Both the position numbers and the translations under genes were made by a program. Below the pieces are notes generated by a model. It was given only the letters and a program-made list of their open reading frames with translations, was not told the DNA's origin and made no database searches. 64,000 nt of DNA from Phyllobates terribilis (Eukaryota): positions 1 through 64,000 of the forward strand of contig NW_027366852.1 in assembly GCF_046119375.1 (NCBI RefSeq), read 5' to 3'. Shown one piece after another: positions 63,426-64,000 of the stretch. Positions within the stretch are counted from its first letter, which is position 1, and each line of letters begins with the position of its first letter.

Positions 63426-64000
63426 ATGGCCAACCCAATGAACATTGATCCCGCGAAATGGGCTGAGTTCCTCAAATTCTAGGAGTTTATGGAGAGCTTC
63501 AAAGCAGCCGCCCATGTTGCTCCCTCTACCTCCACAACTCCAGCTCCCCTTGACTCAGCACCACCAACACCCCTCTCTCCTATACTAGAGAAAGTTCCTA
63601 GTCCTCCTCCCTCACCCACCGCTCACTCCAAATCTTCCGTACCCATGGAGGAAGACACAACGACCCCTGTAATTCACCATGTCTCCTCCACCGACTCCAC
63701 CGAGCACACTCCTTCCGCCTCCAGACATGAGGAATCCATCCATCACTAACCTGAAATCACATCTACCGCCCTCGCTCTCACTACTCCTCCCTCTCCACCA
63801 CCTCAGACATCACTCAAACGAGCCTTATCCATCACGCCCTCTTCCACCATCCAAAAACGCCAAAAGACGATCGCCCTGCCTGAAAGCAGTGAGTCCCATC
63901 AGTCTCCCTCCTGCTCACATCAACTTCTCGACTCGAGTTGTCATCGAGCCTCTAATCATAGGCCAAGGCTTCTGGTCCAGCCTCAGCCCTGCAGAGTTCG
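63426..64000 (+). pseudogene. Start of the SIRE post-pol extra (env-like) ORF, Pro/Ser/Thr-rich, with stops
   Basis: ATG at 63426 (MANPMNIDPAKWAEFLKF*EFMESFKAAAHVAPSTSTTPAP...), downstream of a TATA-like CATAAATAG and a CT-rich leader. The position is typical for SIRE. Confidence 0.6.

Larger units (their letters stand above)
56505..64000 (+). mobile_element. SIRE/Sirevirus-type Ty1/copia retrotransposon, runs off the window end
   Basis: LTR at 56505-57293 (TGTTAG...ACA), PBS TGGTATCAGAG at 57296, gag with two CCHC knuckles, pol, and a long post-pol region with an extra ORF. Confidence 0.9.

Overview
Plant (angiosperm) nuclear DNA, roughly three-quarters transposon-derived. Three host genes look intact: a 13-exon kinesin-7/NACK-type motor gene (3692-8518, +, 728 aa), a 5-exon pectin methylesterase (28975-31626, -, 416 aa) and an intronless F-box/FBA gene (32633-33799, +, 388 aa). 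The rest is nested mobile DNA: a TIR-bounded MULE-like unit carrying convergent B3-domain and GRF-zinc-finger pseudogenes, four MITEs, four L1-type LINE copies or fragments, a complete but decayed Bianca-lineage copia element, Helitron-like AT-rich DNA, two inverted copies of one Athila-type gypsy family plus an older Athila remnant, and a SIRE-type copia inserted into the Athila 5' LTR. Strongest leads: (1) the transposase-less TIR element with a MuDR-like pair of convergent accessory genes (B3 and zf-GRF); (2) a CG-rich 12-bp palindrome in clusters at five sites across the two Athila copies, including in-frame in two polyprotein linkers; (3) an intact kinesin with altered switch II/L11 motifs; (4) a gag-derived hairpin of about 225 bp. 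All coordinates, splice models and alignments were read by eye, and TE boundaries marked approximate may be off by tens of bases. No rRNA, tRNA or CRISPR array was found.
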